Shown: in pieces, positions 1-13,890 of the stretch
Layout: the number at the start of each line of letters is the position of its first letter
How positions within the stretch are numbered: position 1 is the stretch's first letter
Program-made: the position numbers and the translations under genes
Assembly: GCF_006345805.1 (NCBI RefSeq)
Contig: NC_042997.1
Span: forward strand, 181,040,001 to 181,104,000
Direction of reading: 5' to 3'
Origin: Octopus sinensis
Taxonomy: Eukaryota
Length of the DNA: 64,000 bases
The notes under the pieces: generated by a model
The model's database searches: none
The model's input: only the letters and a program-made list of their open reading frames with translations
Told to the model about the DNA's origin: nothing

Positions 1-399
1 CAACACTATCTCCTCCATGTACATGTAACCTTTGTCACCGAGGGAGGAGGCCTTGTAAATTTTGTGGTGTCTGTTCTTTCTTCTTTATTTCTCATGTTGG
101 GAGAGGAGGTGGGTGGGTAGGTGGGTTTGGTGTTTGTATGGGGGGGTGCGTCTGAGTGATCTTGGGTGGGATGGAGATGGTCTGGGGCCCCACATCACAC
201 TGACTGTTCTTCTTTCTCTTTTTCCTTTTATTCTCTGTCACTGTCCATTCATCCTCCTTGTTCCTACCAACTATCTCCACCACCGCTTCTTCTGTCGTCG
301 AAAGAAAAACACATTACTTATGGAATGACCTAATAAATTATTATTGTTTCTCCCTTCCACTAATTTATATTACAAATAGGTTTAAATTCTCTTTAAATT

Positions 400-2290
400 T
401 TGCTTTTATGCAGATGCAGAGATTTTGAAGTATCTTACATTTTTAAATTTCAGTAACGTATCGAATTTCTAGTTAGTTAAATAATCAACCAACACTGCTA
501 GGACACCTAAAATCTGACGAGAACTTATAACCTAACATCTCCCTGAGTAGAACCACAAATACCAAATCAGAATGTTTGAATTCAGCAAAAGCAAATTAGC
601 TATAGCAAGATGATCTTTTCCCATTCACTTCTCCAGGAATTTTTACACCACTAACATTTTTGATATTCTCTTTCTTTTCGCGTTTGTCCAAGAAAACGAT
701 ACCTAATCCGTGTGAATGTATTAATATTACTTTGGCTGACCGGGCAGGAGATATACTCCAACCCAATCCACAGTAACTTAAGTGTGATTTATATGTATAA
801 GTGGATGCAAGTCTAAGAATACTACTTCAACAGGTTTTTATATCCTTTACACTTATCAACTTTGGGGCATATTTCCACTGCACTATCTGTTCATAAAGAT
901 AATTTCAAATTTAGATAATCTTTAGTATTCCCTATTACCGCGCAGATTTAGAGATTACGTCATTATTTCTTATATAACTATGGTATTTTAAAACTATTTC
1001 ATAATATTTTAAAACTATTTCATAATGCACTCTTCATTTTCTAACTTAGCAGAGTTTATAATGTTTGCAATATTAATTATTCACATGCTAGCATTCTGTT
1101 ATATTACTTATAAGATTATCATTTCTCATACACTCTATTATACAGTAAATCCCAAGAGATTTTAATGTCCTCACATTTTACTATACTTGGAAGCTAGTCT
1201 TTTTTTTTCTTACCGCATTAATTTATACTGTTTCCATATAAATCCCAATGGGTTGTAAATGCCTGGTTATCAAAATTTATCTTATATTCATCATTTTTGC
1301 GCTCATATATTCCATTCACTTAACAAATGTGTTAAAACATAGCTGTGTGCCACACATCATGTATACTGGAGTTTTGGTGTTTGTCTACCAGGAATTTATT
1401 TATCTTGGTAATGTATTCCTGAGATCTGTTGCTCTATTGCAAAAGTCAATGTTTTAATCTATAAAATTAGGTTTGCTTTTCTTATCAGTCACTATCACCA
1501 TTAATATTTACTCATTCATCTAATACACCTTTTCTAAAGTCTAAAATAACGCAATTGTTATTCATTTATCCTGGTTTTTATAAACTCTTTCAACAGCTTG
1601 AATGGTATTGCTTTCTTATTATAATACATTATTTCTCTTCCTTCCTAGCTAATCAATCTTACTCCATATTTACAAACATCATTCACAGAGCATGCACTGT
1701 TCAGAGTACGATTATTAATTTCTTTTCGTTTTCTTATCTAACAGATGATACTTTCTGTCTGAGGTCTCGAGCTATTCATTATGAACAAACACTACTTGGC
1801 TTGCATGACTGATCTTGCTGCTGATGTTATGTTATTTCTGATATAGATGATTACCTTTCTTGCGAAGTACTATGATCATCGACTAAGCACAGTATGTAAG
1901 CCATTTACCAGTCTGCTAGATTTTATTTCAAATAGACTTTAGGATATTTGTCGTAGCCTCTCCTTAGTGCTTCAATATTTCAGCATCATTTCCGTCACCT
2001 CCTACATTTCCTCTTTTAGAGATCTAATTGCAGATCTCGCGTGATTAGAGAATCGTTGTTCTTCAAAAATTTATGTTGTTTCAATACATTTGGACCCATG
2101 CTGCTCTGTAGTTGAAAAGTTCTAAGTGGTACATTGTCCAACTTGCCACCTTCTAAAGTCTTTTGTTTTTACATTATTTTATTTGATGGTATCTACACTT
2201 GGGTAGTTTACTTTGGTGAGGCTTTTACCAGTTGTGGTACCTCTGTCTTTCGTTCTTGGAACGGCTGATTAAGTATCTATATATTTTAGT
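400..2290 (-). mobile_element. Highly degraded RTE-clade LINE, reverse transcriptase region
   Basis: Manual minus-strand translation gives broken motifs in the expected order: RSAIRSLK/RGNVGGDGNDAEILK (~2040-1975), MIIVLRKKGN..ISHAS (~1880-1795), an FIDFKKAFD-like relic (~1545-1520) and an NLRFADD-like relic (~600-580). Many stops and frameshifts. Confidence 0.65.
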
Positions 2291-2479
2291 TACCCATCTT
2301 TGCGTTGCTACAAGCTTTCCCTCAAAAGCTATCTTTTGATCTTTCTGTATATGTTTTTTTCTTGTTACGTTATCTGTCATTTATTTCCTGTTATAATTAT
2401 TTCCTCAAAACTTTTGTGTGACGCTTATCTAGATTTGCGTCAGTGTTGTTACCAGGAGCTTGGCATCTTGGATTGGGGA

Positions 2480-2915
2480 GGAAAGGATCGACGCTTGAAG
2501 ACCAATTAAGAACCGCATAGATAACGACTACTCTCATCAACCTCAAGACAAAATGGAGAGATATGAATCCCGCCATAAAGGCAAAATCATACTCTTGCAA
2601 GGTAAAATGCTACTTTCTACCAAAGCAGACGCAAAATTGACTCTCATAGCTTGAATTCATTGGAAAACACAAGCACTGGAAATCGCCAGCATTTTAGCCA
2701 TCACGTACTTGAAGCATATCGATTGGTGATGCTCGTGAACCCACCCAAACTACAATAGGCTCAATGGATACATTCCCACAACGGCAAAAGACAGAAAAAC
2801 ATAGAGTTTATGAAAGTGTTTCAAGATATAGTAGCAGAACTATCTAAAACAAACATGCAGCGGGAGAAAGAAAGAGAGTCGATCACAGGAAAATATGGAC
2901 TGACACTCTAAAGAA
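2480..2915 (+). mobile_element. Degraded RTE LINE C-terminal fragment
   Basis: Relic translation resembles the RTE C-terminus (LKTKWRDMN..., GERKRVDHRKIWTD vs the typical G.RRRGR.RK.W.D). Confidence 0.5.
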
Positions 2916-2949
2916 ACGGTTCAGCAAATTCTTAAAATCGGACTTCGGA

Positions 2950-3700
2950 TTTGGTATACAACCCTGAGAGATGTGTAAAACTGGTATACAGTATGTAATG
3001 ACAGTGCCTCCAGGACTCCATCAGATGTTGAAAGCGTCCTCACATAAACATCCACTCTAGCCTTCTCTATTTCAATTTGAGATTGAATAAGTTTGTAACA
3101 ATAATGGTTAAGTTCTTGCAAGACCTTGCAACTTGATTTATTTTATATTGCTACTATATAAGAACTAATTTCCTCTTTTTGAAAAATTCCTTCATAATCA
3201 TTTCATTCATTTCTTTTTTCCCTTACTTATGTATCTAATAGCTTCATTATCTGTTTTATGCTCTCCTTGTCCGGTGACTGCATACCATTACTTTTCACTA
3301 TCTTTCCTCGTTTTATTCTAAAAATTCCACATTCTTTAATCATGAACTATATCCCAATATCTTCACCAAATCCATATTCTTTTCCTACTAAATAGTCTTT
3401 TTATTCAAATACTTTGCGAACAGATTCAAATCATCCATGAAGATAATTTACTTTATAATGTCGCCCTCTAAAAGCATATAAAACATATATACGAGCCTGA
3501 TCATTTTTAGCAGCAGTGGCAAGAATATCAAACCTGTTCCAACAAGCAAAAAAGGTCAAGCTATTCTCATGGACAATTCCTTTATTGATTTAAACAGTTC
3601 CTGCCTTTTCACTACAACATATATTTTCTTTTTACACTAAATGTCCTTTTATTCCATTCTATTCCTGCCATCTTTAGACATGTTATTATCCAAAAATGAA
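2950..3700 (-). mobile_element. Degraded R4/Dong-like non-LTR retrotransposon RT fragment
   Basis: Minus strand reads FMDDLNLF (~3445-3420) followed by GFGEDIGI*FMIKECG, matching the LFMDDLKL...FS.DIGMEFG..KC signature of R4/Dong RTs. Confidence 0.6.
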
Positions 3701-5077
3701 GAATCATGACTTACGCCTTCTTTATTATTGATGTATGACATTGCGAGATTTGTATGTCACTTCATATGGTACTAAATGATTAATGTACAGACTCGTAATT
3801 GATGCTAGAGTATATGAACAGTCATTCAGCCTCCTCTCTCTCCTCTATTTGTAATATATTCTGGGTATCTAACATCTAAATGAATTATTACACGTTATAA
3901 AGCTGTCAATAACGTTATCCGTTTCAAATTGTTAGCTGCATTGCTTTTGTTTTAGCCCATCTGGGATTAATAACACTAACTTCTTTCACAATTTCAGACA
4001 AAGTTTCCCTGATGCATAAAATATCATTTAAATGTTTTATCATTATCCCATAGTTGATGACATGTTCGAGAAAACAAATTACCGTGAATTTCATCACAAT
4101 CCAGGAGATTTCTCGTTTGGTCGTTTTTCTAACAATTCGCGTTTTCTACTTTTCATTGCAAATAAGTTTTGTTAATCCTGCTTACAATTTCATGTTGTTT
4201 TCTCCTTCTGCGTTATATATCATAATTCTTTCCTTTAAAACATTAATTTATATAAAACCATTTTTCTTTCGTATAGAGTATCATATTCTCTTTATATATT
4301 TTAAAATCTTCAAATGTGTTCCTACATATTCTCAAAATTCCCTATTAAAGAGTTTGTTTTTGTTTTTTATTATGATTAGTAAAATTATGGCTGTATTCAT
4401 GATTAATCATATATACGCTATATACTGTTTCTAAAATTAGTGTAAAGTTTCCTTAATATTCCAGAATATTGATAAATATTTTACTGAGTATTGCTGGTTT
4501 GGGACAGGTAAAAATCACTCAGAATTCGAAAAAATAGTGACAAATCCGTACATGTTTCGTCTATTTTAAACCTTTTCAGCGATTTTTTACTGCAAATACG
4601 TGACAAAAAATTGTTCAGTATTTGCAAAGTAGTGTACACCAATAGGCATGAGAACATAATACATTGATCGCAAAAATCACAGTATTTTGTTAATCTCAAG
4701 CTATTAAGGTTTTTTAGAATTGTTGAATAGTGTATTGTATTGACTTCAATAGACTGTTGTTTCCCCGAAGAGTTTACATTTGCAGTAATAAACCAAAGAA
4801 ATATTAATACCCAAAACAGTAACTGAACGCAAAGAAATTGGTTTTTCTATACCTGGTTGGGATTATTTGCATCCGTTACTTACTTATTTCTCTCAGAAAC
4901 GACATGAACATCGCATTCTATTTCATTTCTAATATTTATTGCGTTGAGCCAAAATAAACCAATATTATATCTAAACCACTTGTATATTAGATTCTTGAAT
5001 TGGTAAAAGAAAAAATCTGTAGACACAATATATATGTGTGTGTGTACGTACATACATAAACACACGCATATACATAA

Positions 5078-5078
5078 T

Positions 5079-5164
<86 letters not shown>

Positions 5165-5168
5165 ATAA
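5078..5168. repeat. (CA)n-(TA)n compound microsatellite
   Basis: Directly visible. Confidence 0.95.
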
Positions 5169-6086
5169 CCTGTGTGTGATTATGTATATGCGTGTGTATA
5201 AGCACACAAGCTTGTTACATTATCTTAAACACTGTCTGGTATCGACTCTTCTGCTACATGGGCTTTATATGAATATACCGAGTCTTGCCGAAACATGTAT
5301 TACCTACCACTGGTTACATCTTTCAACTAAGGTTTAGCAACATTCTCCTGCACCTCAACGTATCTAACAGCAGCAAGTCTTAAACCATGTGAAAAGATGT
5401 GAAGTCGCATAACATGACCTTCCATACTTATCAATCGTAAAGGAATCACATTTGCTGGATATTAGTACTTATCACTCTGGAGACGTCAGAATGATCTGCA
5501 TATAATAAGCTGTGCTGATTTCTTCTCCTAGACCTTTCGATTTATTTGAAGTCTTTTTTTTGACAAAGAAGATCCAAAGCGTCTCATATCAGTGAATATT
5601 TTTAACCTTGTTTACTAACCGATTGGCACGGATCATTGCAGGCATGAACTGATATCACTTTACTGTATATGTTACATACCAGATATCCTCGTGCACCAGA
5701 GTTCTAGTAGTCCACTCTGACGCTTCAAGTTCTCAAGTGATTGCCCGTTTAGATTTCCAGGAATCATCAATGATAACGTTTTGAACACGTAGAATGAACT
5801 ACAAGGTCCTTCTGGCGTCCGAATGTTTATTTAGACTTTGGCAAGTAGCTCTTTCATCAGTTGGGGTCGGTGTAGCTATGTGTAAGAACTATATGCATAT
5901 ATACGCATGTCTGTATGTATGTATGTATGTACGTATGTAGGAGTGTGCATATATGTATGTGTATGTGTATGTGTGTCATTATTCAGTTGTATTTCAAGAT
6001 TTCTTGCCAATAGAGTAATAGCCGGTTTTTAACCTAGATCCAAGGCCCCATCACTGAAATTTCAACAACTTTAACAGGGTATTTTG

Positions 6087-6315
6087 TACTACCCACAAGG
6101 GGCTAAACATAGAGAGGACAAACAAGGACGGACAAAGGGATTAAGTCGATTACATTGACCCCAGTGCGTAACTGGTACTTAATTTATCGACCCCGAAAGG
6201 ATGAAAGGTAAAGTCGACCTCGACGGAATTTGAACTCAGAACGTAACGGCAGACGAAATACGGCTACGCATTTCGCCCGGCGTGCTAACGTTTCTGCCAG
6301 CTCGCCAGCTCGCCG
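6087..6315 (-). mobile_element. tRNA-derived SINE family A (core GCCTTTCATCCTTTCGGGGTCGATAAA; MetaSINE-like from memory)
   Basis: Reverse complement of the copy at 27271-27502; A-box-like TGGCAGAAACGTTAG and B-box GAGTTCAAATTCC. Confidence 0.9.
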
Positions 6316-7637
6316 TCGATACATTTGTTATAGTCAAATCGATGATTTTGTAAGTCAAGGTATCTTAAGATGAACGACGAACTCAGAATGACGCTGATGT
6401 GTAAAAGAAACTTCTTAAATTTATTGCTAAGCCTGCGTCTATTTCCTACAGATATTGCCAGCTACAACCAGTTACGGGTGGTAACGTCAACCCTAGCAGA
6501 TTTAGAACTTCCAGCCTAAAAGAAACATTACCAAATTCCTCAAGCCACCTAGTTCAGCGCTGTCATTTCTGATTTTCACTGAACTTTCTATGAATTATAA
6601 ATGGTTTCTGAGCGTGTCAACTTTGGTTTCTGTCTCCTTTAATTGTCTCTTCGTAATTCCATTCTTTTTTATATAAGTTATTTTAATTGCTTATACTTTG
6701 TACTTTAATTGCTCTGCCAATTGTATTTTGTTTATGATTTTTAGCTAAACGCTAATTGTTTTTGATATTAATTAAAAAAAGCAACGAAACAGTATTTTCA
6801 AAAAATTATGGCTAGCAAAACATGATTGCATGATAAAGTCTACCTGAGCGCGTGTGTTTGTGCATATATCTGTGAGTATGTGTATGTATTTGTGTCTTTC
6901 TTTGATTTTTAAAACTTTTCTCTTAATTATATTTGGAGCCAGCTTAATTTATCTTTCATATTCGAGCATATGATGATAATATTTCTTGAATAAAATACGT
7001 GATACTGGAAACTTACATAGCATTTAAAGTTGCACATGACGTAACAAAATTGTTTTGATTACATTACGACATGACCACCACAAGCGAAACGTCAAATCTA
7101 TTGGAAATAACTTCTGAAACTATCAATAACTTTTGTAAGCTATAAGGTAAGAGGTCACAATTATGATAGTTATAGTCTTTCTTTCTCCTTTTTTTTTCAA
7201 GGTGGAGTGAAATAACTCAGAAGGATAAATAGTTGAAACAAGATCTGAGATTGATACCATTGTTGATGATTAGCTTCAACATAGCCCTAACTGAGATACC
7301 GAAATCTAACCGAATTCACTGCACTATGATCATCAAGTACTTGTATTTTTTTCAATACCAACGATTCATCCCACGTAATGAAACCTCCCTATTGCTAGCA
7401 AGCAGAACAAACATTCAAATATTCTCTTCGCTGGTTTGAAAACAGCCAGAAATCAGGGTCGATTGTCTACCGAATTAAAACTTTGACATGACCATCATGT
7501 GTGGCTATCACATGACCTTTATACACGGGCGTAATTGAAAACTGATCGCAAAATTCCTTTGTGCCACCACGTGAGCATCTTCAACCAATCACTTTCTAGG
7601 TTAACTGATAGTGAACTGAGCTACCTTTATGAATCTT

Positions 7638-8313
7638 TGTAGCAAGATTCCTGGTGTGAAACTGTGTTGATACATATATTGTTATATCTCGGGATTGTAA
7701 TTTTTTTCTTTTTTTTTGCCAAATAAACACACTTACTATATATTCGTTCTCCATTCGTTTATTATTGCTCATATTCTAACTTATGTACATTGTCCAGAAA
7801 TCTTTCGCCACATATCTGCGAACTCTTCAGCGATCTTTTCCCTCCATGTGTATCCTCCTGCTCCGCCTATCCATTCTGTCCTTCTATGATGTGTGTATCC
7901 TTACCTGCGCATGAGTTTGCGCCTGTATCTGTGTATGTGTATCTACGTGTGTGAGTGTATGTGTTTGTGTGTGTGTGCGTATATGTGTGTGTGCGTATGT
8001 GTGTGCGCACACGCCAGCCCGAACACACACACATACACACACACACACAAATTTCCAGACGCAAACGCATGCGCAGATAAGGATACACATCATAGAAGGA
8101 CAGAATGGACTAGGTGGAGCAGGAGGATACGAGCGGATTGAAAGTGTCAGTGAAGAGTTCATAGATGTGTAACAAAAGATTTCCGGACAATTGACAGAAA
8201 ATAATCTAAAATAAAATAAGAACAATAATAAACGAGTGACGAACGAAGATATAGTGCGTGTATTTATTTAGAAAAAGAATGATCATCCCGAAATATAACA
8301 AGAACTCTGCTAC
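7638..8313. repeat. Large imperfect inverted repeat (two diverged copies of a PLE-terminal-like module back to back)
   Basis: For example gtatcctcctgctccgcctatccattctgtccttctatgatgtgt (~7850-7894) mirrors acacatcatagaaggacagaatggactaggtggagcaggaggatac (~8085-8130). Centre near 8010-8020. Confidence 0.85.
7791..7834 (-). ncRNA. Minimal type I hammerhead ribozyme motif (weakened stems)
   Basis: Minus strand: atcg CTGAAGA gttcgcagatatgtggc GAAA gat TTC tggaca. A decayed mirror copy lies at 8145-8189 (+). Confidence 0.55.
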
Positions 8314-8954
8314 ATTCTTTCTCTATAACAAAATGTTAAACGAATTCAGAACTACGACAAGAAACAAAACGGTTTGCAAACAAACATCTACGTCCTTCAA
8401 ATCTTATAATATTGAAAAGCATACAAAAATGATCACAATTGTATGCATTAATAAACTCATACACTTTCAGTGCATTTTCAACTTCTTTTGTTATACATAC
8501 ATGTGTGTGTGTGTGGTGTGTGTGTGTGTACATACATATACATAGATTAATATTTATTTATATTTATATCTACATATCAGAAAATTCCTGTACAGAGACC
8601 GAGATTTGAGATGTTTATATTAGATATAGGTAGCTAAGGAGGTAGGTAGGTAGGTAGGTAGGTAGGTAGGTAGGTGTATATATTAAAATATATGCATACT
8701 GTAATTCTTAGGCAGAATCAATAAGTTGTAGTGAGTGACAATTTTGCACTTTCTGAACTATCGATAGATTCCATACGAAGGACTTCTATAGAGTTTCCGC
8801 CGACCCAGTTTTACTCAAGAGGTGTGAATTCTTTCGATACTATGTAAAATATCGTGTCTCCAAGATTGAACCCTGTACCGAATGTTTTGTGAACGAGCTT
8901 TTTCACTAATCGGCTGTACTGTGCCTTGTATGTATGTATGTATATATATATATA

Positions 8955-8994
<40 letters not shown>

Positions 8995-11036
8995 TGTGAT
9001 ATTTCTGAGATAGCACTCTAGTTAGATTACAATTGAGTGGCAACCATGACGATACCATAAAAAATTGTCAGGTTTATAATGTGTGGAACCCCGCCTATAC
9101 TTATGTGTGTGTGTGTGTTTGTACGTGTGTGTGTGCGCGCGCGCTTCTATGTGTGGTATATATATGGATGTGTGTACGTATGTATATATTTATGGGGACC
9201 CTACACATTCGCGCATACTAAGCCTGGCACTTTTTGATAGCCTCTTCATGTTGGACACACATCACTAACCTAATTAAAGCAACATCTCAACAATTAGACT
9301 TCACCTTTTTGTGTCACCAAATATTCCAATACTAAACATCTGACTTTCTACATGTTACAGGTATATACATACATCAGTGCATGGCTCACATAGTTGACAT
9401 GATGCTTTGCAAAATGATATTTAGATCGGATCCAAAAACAAAATTCAGTCCACAACCTGCCTCTCAAATAAGTTGTGACTCTTCTGTTTCACCGGTAGAG
9501 GAAGACGTTCAATACCTATGATCTGTTTTGAAGGGCATCTGCATTGGCAGAAGGGAGGAAAATTAGGATTACAAATCTGGTCCAAATCCTTGTTAACACT
9601 GTGTATAATAGTAATACTGACAAAGTTGCAACGCGAATCAAAAATAAATCGTTAAAAAAGCCAATATCGCTTATTGAAATGAGTCGGGAGTAATTCCTTA
9701 TACTGATACCAAATTAAACACTTCACAAATTGCAGGCAAGCAATCGACCATTTGAAGTGAAAAGAAAGGGAAAATTATTCTCACTTCCTCACCTGTCACC
9801 TAGGCTGATAGCAGTTTCTCGAGTTTTCAGTTTTAATAAACACATTTTAATCATACCCAACCTTAAGGCGTTGCACCGAGATGCAAATGACTGAAATTCT
9901 TCAAGCTGAAATAAATAAATTTATATCACATGGCTAAAAACAAACAAAAAAATACAATATTGATTTTGGTTCGTATTTATGTTATTTCTCTTAATATTTT
10001 ATCATTTTATTTTAAACGAGATTCGATCAAATATTGACCATTTTAGAATACATTTAACCTAACATTTTTGCTTTCTTTCAGATTTCATTTACAGATGTTG
10101 TTGATACTTAATTAACTTCGTCGATTTGATTTTTGTCTCATGCAGTGCAAATGGCAAACCGGCAGCCATATTGTCATTAAGTTCCTGGAGCGAATATTCA
10201 TATAACATGACGCCATCGACGAAATATTATTAAATGGGAAAATAATCACTTTAGTTAGCTGCAGATGTTGACACAAAACAGTTCTTAAAATTAAGGTTTC
10301 CTGACTTGCTAATCAAATTGCCTATACATGTAAACATGCCTCAATAAGCATTATTTGCTTGACAGCGAATGATTGGTATCTAGCGAGAACACCGAAACCC
10401 TAATGTCGTTTATTGAACGTACTATTAAGTCATTTCTGACATGTACATAGTTTCATGTCGCTCTGATCAAATATCATTGTGCTTGGCAGAAGAAGGACTT
10501 CAGAAAACACCAAGTCAATTATCATAATTGATACCAAATATTTGGATAGATATCCATGATGCTCTTGCCAAAAGGATGGAACATTCGTCTAACACTGATT
10601 GCAATACACATAACACTGATAGAACTACATTTGATACATTCTAAACTATCATGTTGTTATACATTTGAAACAAAATATTTCATACGATATTAATCAAATT
10701 ATAATGAAGGACAGCAAATAAAGTATTACTCTACACATATAATCACACATGCAGTTAATATTTGAATGTATCTGTAACAAATTGTGGACGTTTCATTTTC
10801 TCTTGCAGTTCGTTTCCTCCTGTCACTGATTTTATTGTTCGTATCAGCAGTAACACGTTCTATTTGTGATATTAAATAAAGATAAGGTACGCGCTTAATA
10901 ATTTCTTTCAAATAATTCTTTAAAAGACTGTTACTTTCCATATAACAACGAGAACCGTTCTTTAGGATTGTACTTAGTAATAAATGAGAGGAATTTGAAG
11001 CTTCTATATTCAACAGTTTCAGGGATATTAATATGG

Positions 11037-11790
11037 GTATTTCACCTGTCTTTGCGTTCTGAGTTCAAATTCTGCGAGGTCGACTTCGCATTTCATCCTT
11101 CCGGGACCGATAAATTAAGTACCAGTTGCGTACTGGGATATTAATATGGGTAAGCAAGCAACAAATAAATTCAATCACGTGAACAACACCACAGTACCTG
11201 ACTTTGAAAATGTTAGGTGGAATCGAAACAACAAAAGCCAATATTAAGATAATCATAAATATTGGTTGAATGTTTCCATTTAATTCCCGTTTAGTAGTTG
11301 GTAAATTAATATTCAACAATAAATAAAGTAAATAAAGGCGGTGAGCCGACAGAAACGTAAGCACGCCGGGTATTTCGTCTGTCTTACGTTCTGAGTTCAA
11401 ATTCAGTCGGGGTCGACTTAGCCTTTCATTCTTTCGAGGTCGATGAATTGAGTACAAGTTGCGTACTGAAGTCGATCTAATCGACTGGCCCCTCCTCCAA
11501 AATTTCGAGCCTTGTGCTTAGAGTAGAAAAGAATATTCAACAGTAAATAAAGGTGGCGAGCCGGGAGAAACATTAGGGTCGATTAAATAAGTACCAGTTA
11601 CGCACTGGGGTCGATATAATCGACTTAATCCGTTTGTCTGTCCTTGTTTGTCCTCTCTGTGTTTACCCCCTTGTGAGTAGTAAAGAAATAGGTATTTCGT
11701 CTGCCGTTACGTTGTGAGTTCAAATTCCGCCGAGGTCAATTTTGCCTTTCACCCTATGTTAGCCCCCTGTGGGTAATAAAGAAATAAATA
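11037..11790 (+). mobile_element. Cluster of at least 3 SINE family A insertions/fragments (11037-11137, 11336-11535, 11550-11790)
   Basis: Repeated GAGTTCAAATT B-box and core. An 18-bp direct repeat gggatattaatatgggta (11022-11039 / 11135-11152) flanks the first fragment. Confidence 0.85.
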
Positions 11791-13704
11791 TTTAACAGTA
11801 AATATTTGCCCATAATTTTTATAACAGTGCCATACATTTTTTCCGGCTATCTAAAGAGAAAGAATTCGAAAGAACAAATGGAAATTGAAACTAGTTTGAC
11901 GCTCTGTATAATTAAAATCTCTCGCAATATTCCCAGTTTTATTACTCGTAACACCACACGCAACCCAGAATAATTTTGGTAATAAAAATTTTAAATGATA
12001 GCATAAGACCAGCAAGTTCATGTGAGAGAATAAGTCGATTACATTGATCCCTGTCTTCCACTGGTACACATTTTATAGATCCCGACCCCGGCAGCATTTG
12101 AACTCAGAACACAAAATTCTCACTAAAATATTAGTAGTATTAGTATGTCTAATTATTTGTATTACGCTTCTTAATTTAAACTTTCAGTTCAATAAAAGGA
12201 ATATTTGCGTTAGAATGTTCATGCAGTTTACCAAAGTGTTAGCAGATCAAAATAGTCTCTGACAAGAATCCCTTATTTTTGCTACTCCTGCATTTGTTTA
12301 AAACAAGTCATTTCTTATTGAGCATGCCAGTGATAAAAACTGTTCTACTCGCTGCCATTCCGTATTTTTGTGTATCACCGATTACATTATCTAGCGTGCA
12401 TTTGTTTTAAGACGGCAGTGTGCAGTTTGAGGGAAATTTGGTTCTATTTCTACTAGATCCAGCTACTAATCAGAAACTCTCTTAAGACTTTCTACCAGAG
12501 GGAGCAACTGAGTAGGAGCTGTCTTTAACAGGTTACTTCTCTGTAGCGCTTGCCTAACTTGCTGAAAACTGATTTGTTACAGAGAAACATGTTCCAACAT
12601 TTAAAGTAAAAAGAAAATGAGATTATTGCATAGAATTCATGCTTTCCTCGTGGTTATTAGTGGAGTGAGTTGCTTTCAAAGAAAGATCAAAGCCGAATCT
12701 CAAACAGACCGGTTGAGAGGTTATCTTTCCTCTAAGATGTTTGGCTTTTTCTTTCCAAATAATAATTTCTCAAATTGGCACAATGTCAGAAATTTCTTGA
12801 GCAATATTTTGATTGATAGAATCAGCTGTAGTACACTCCCTTACTAAGATTATGGAACTCTGCACGTCTGAAAACCAAACTTGATTGTGGTAGTATTTGA
12901 CTTCAGGAATTATACTGATAATATGTATTACTTTAAAATATATATGTTCAACTGTTTCTGCCTGTCCCTGCCTTACTTTTCTTCTACACAAATGTTATTT
13001 GATACATGAATAAGAGAGAAAATTTTGAAAATTATACAATTGCTTGAATCGACTAGAGATTAATATATGAAATTTCAAATTTCTAATCTAGCTAGTAAAA
13101 TTTGAACTCGGAATGTTAAAGGACTTAAGTTAATACAATGAATTTTATTCAGCAAACTCTTCTAATATGGCTAATGTTTTATAGAAATCATGAGAATGCT
13201 AAAACATATTGACCAATATATATATATGAAATAGGGTTATATTTGATTTAATCAGAAAGCAAAAACCTGCCCTAAAGAGATGAATGTTTGATGCAAATTC
13301 AACCAAGAACTATGGGATATATACATACAATGTGATATTCCACTGAATCTATTTATCAACTATTTATCAACGTGCCAATATTTGACAAGAGCCATAAAGT
13401 AACATGGGGCAAATACCATATCTGTTTACATTCATCTCTATTGCATTTCGCTTTGCAAAATCCATGGTCTCTTCAACTACACCCAACAGGAATATATCCT
13501 TCTCCATTTTTTTCTCTACAAACATCAATTTGAAGACGAAAGATCAATCTAAGCATCAATCAAATTGAGACTGTCACTTTAGAGAATTATGAAAACGTGA
13601 TGGACAGAGGAAATGACCGTCTCAGTAAAAGTTACATGGACAGAAATGTATATACCAGTCGTCTGAAACTGAATTGAGACTGTAAAGAAATGTTACAAAA
13701 TACT

Positions 13705-13890
13705 GGTTTCAAATTTTTGACACACGGCCAGCAATTTAGTGGGACGGGAAAAGTCGATTACATCGACCCAAATGCTTAACTGGTACTTATTCTATCGACC
13801 CTGAAAGGCAAATTCGACCTCGGTGACATTCGAACTCGTGATGTAAAAATGAACAAATTGCCGCTAAGTATTTTGCCTAGCATGCTAACA
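13705..13890 (-). mobile_element. Diverged SINE family A copy
   Basis: aagtcgattacatcgaccc...ctggtacttattctatcgacc...gacctcgg...gaactc...tgctaacaattctgccagct matches family A reverse strand. Confidence 0.8.

Noticed and set aside
5200-5870. Possible retroelement coding relic and CTGATGA motif at ~5855-5861 (-)
   Set aside because: No interpretable protein motif series and no matching GAAA or stems.
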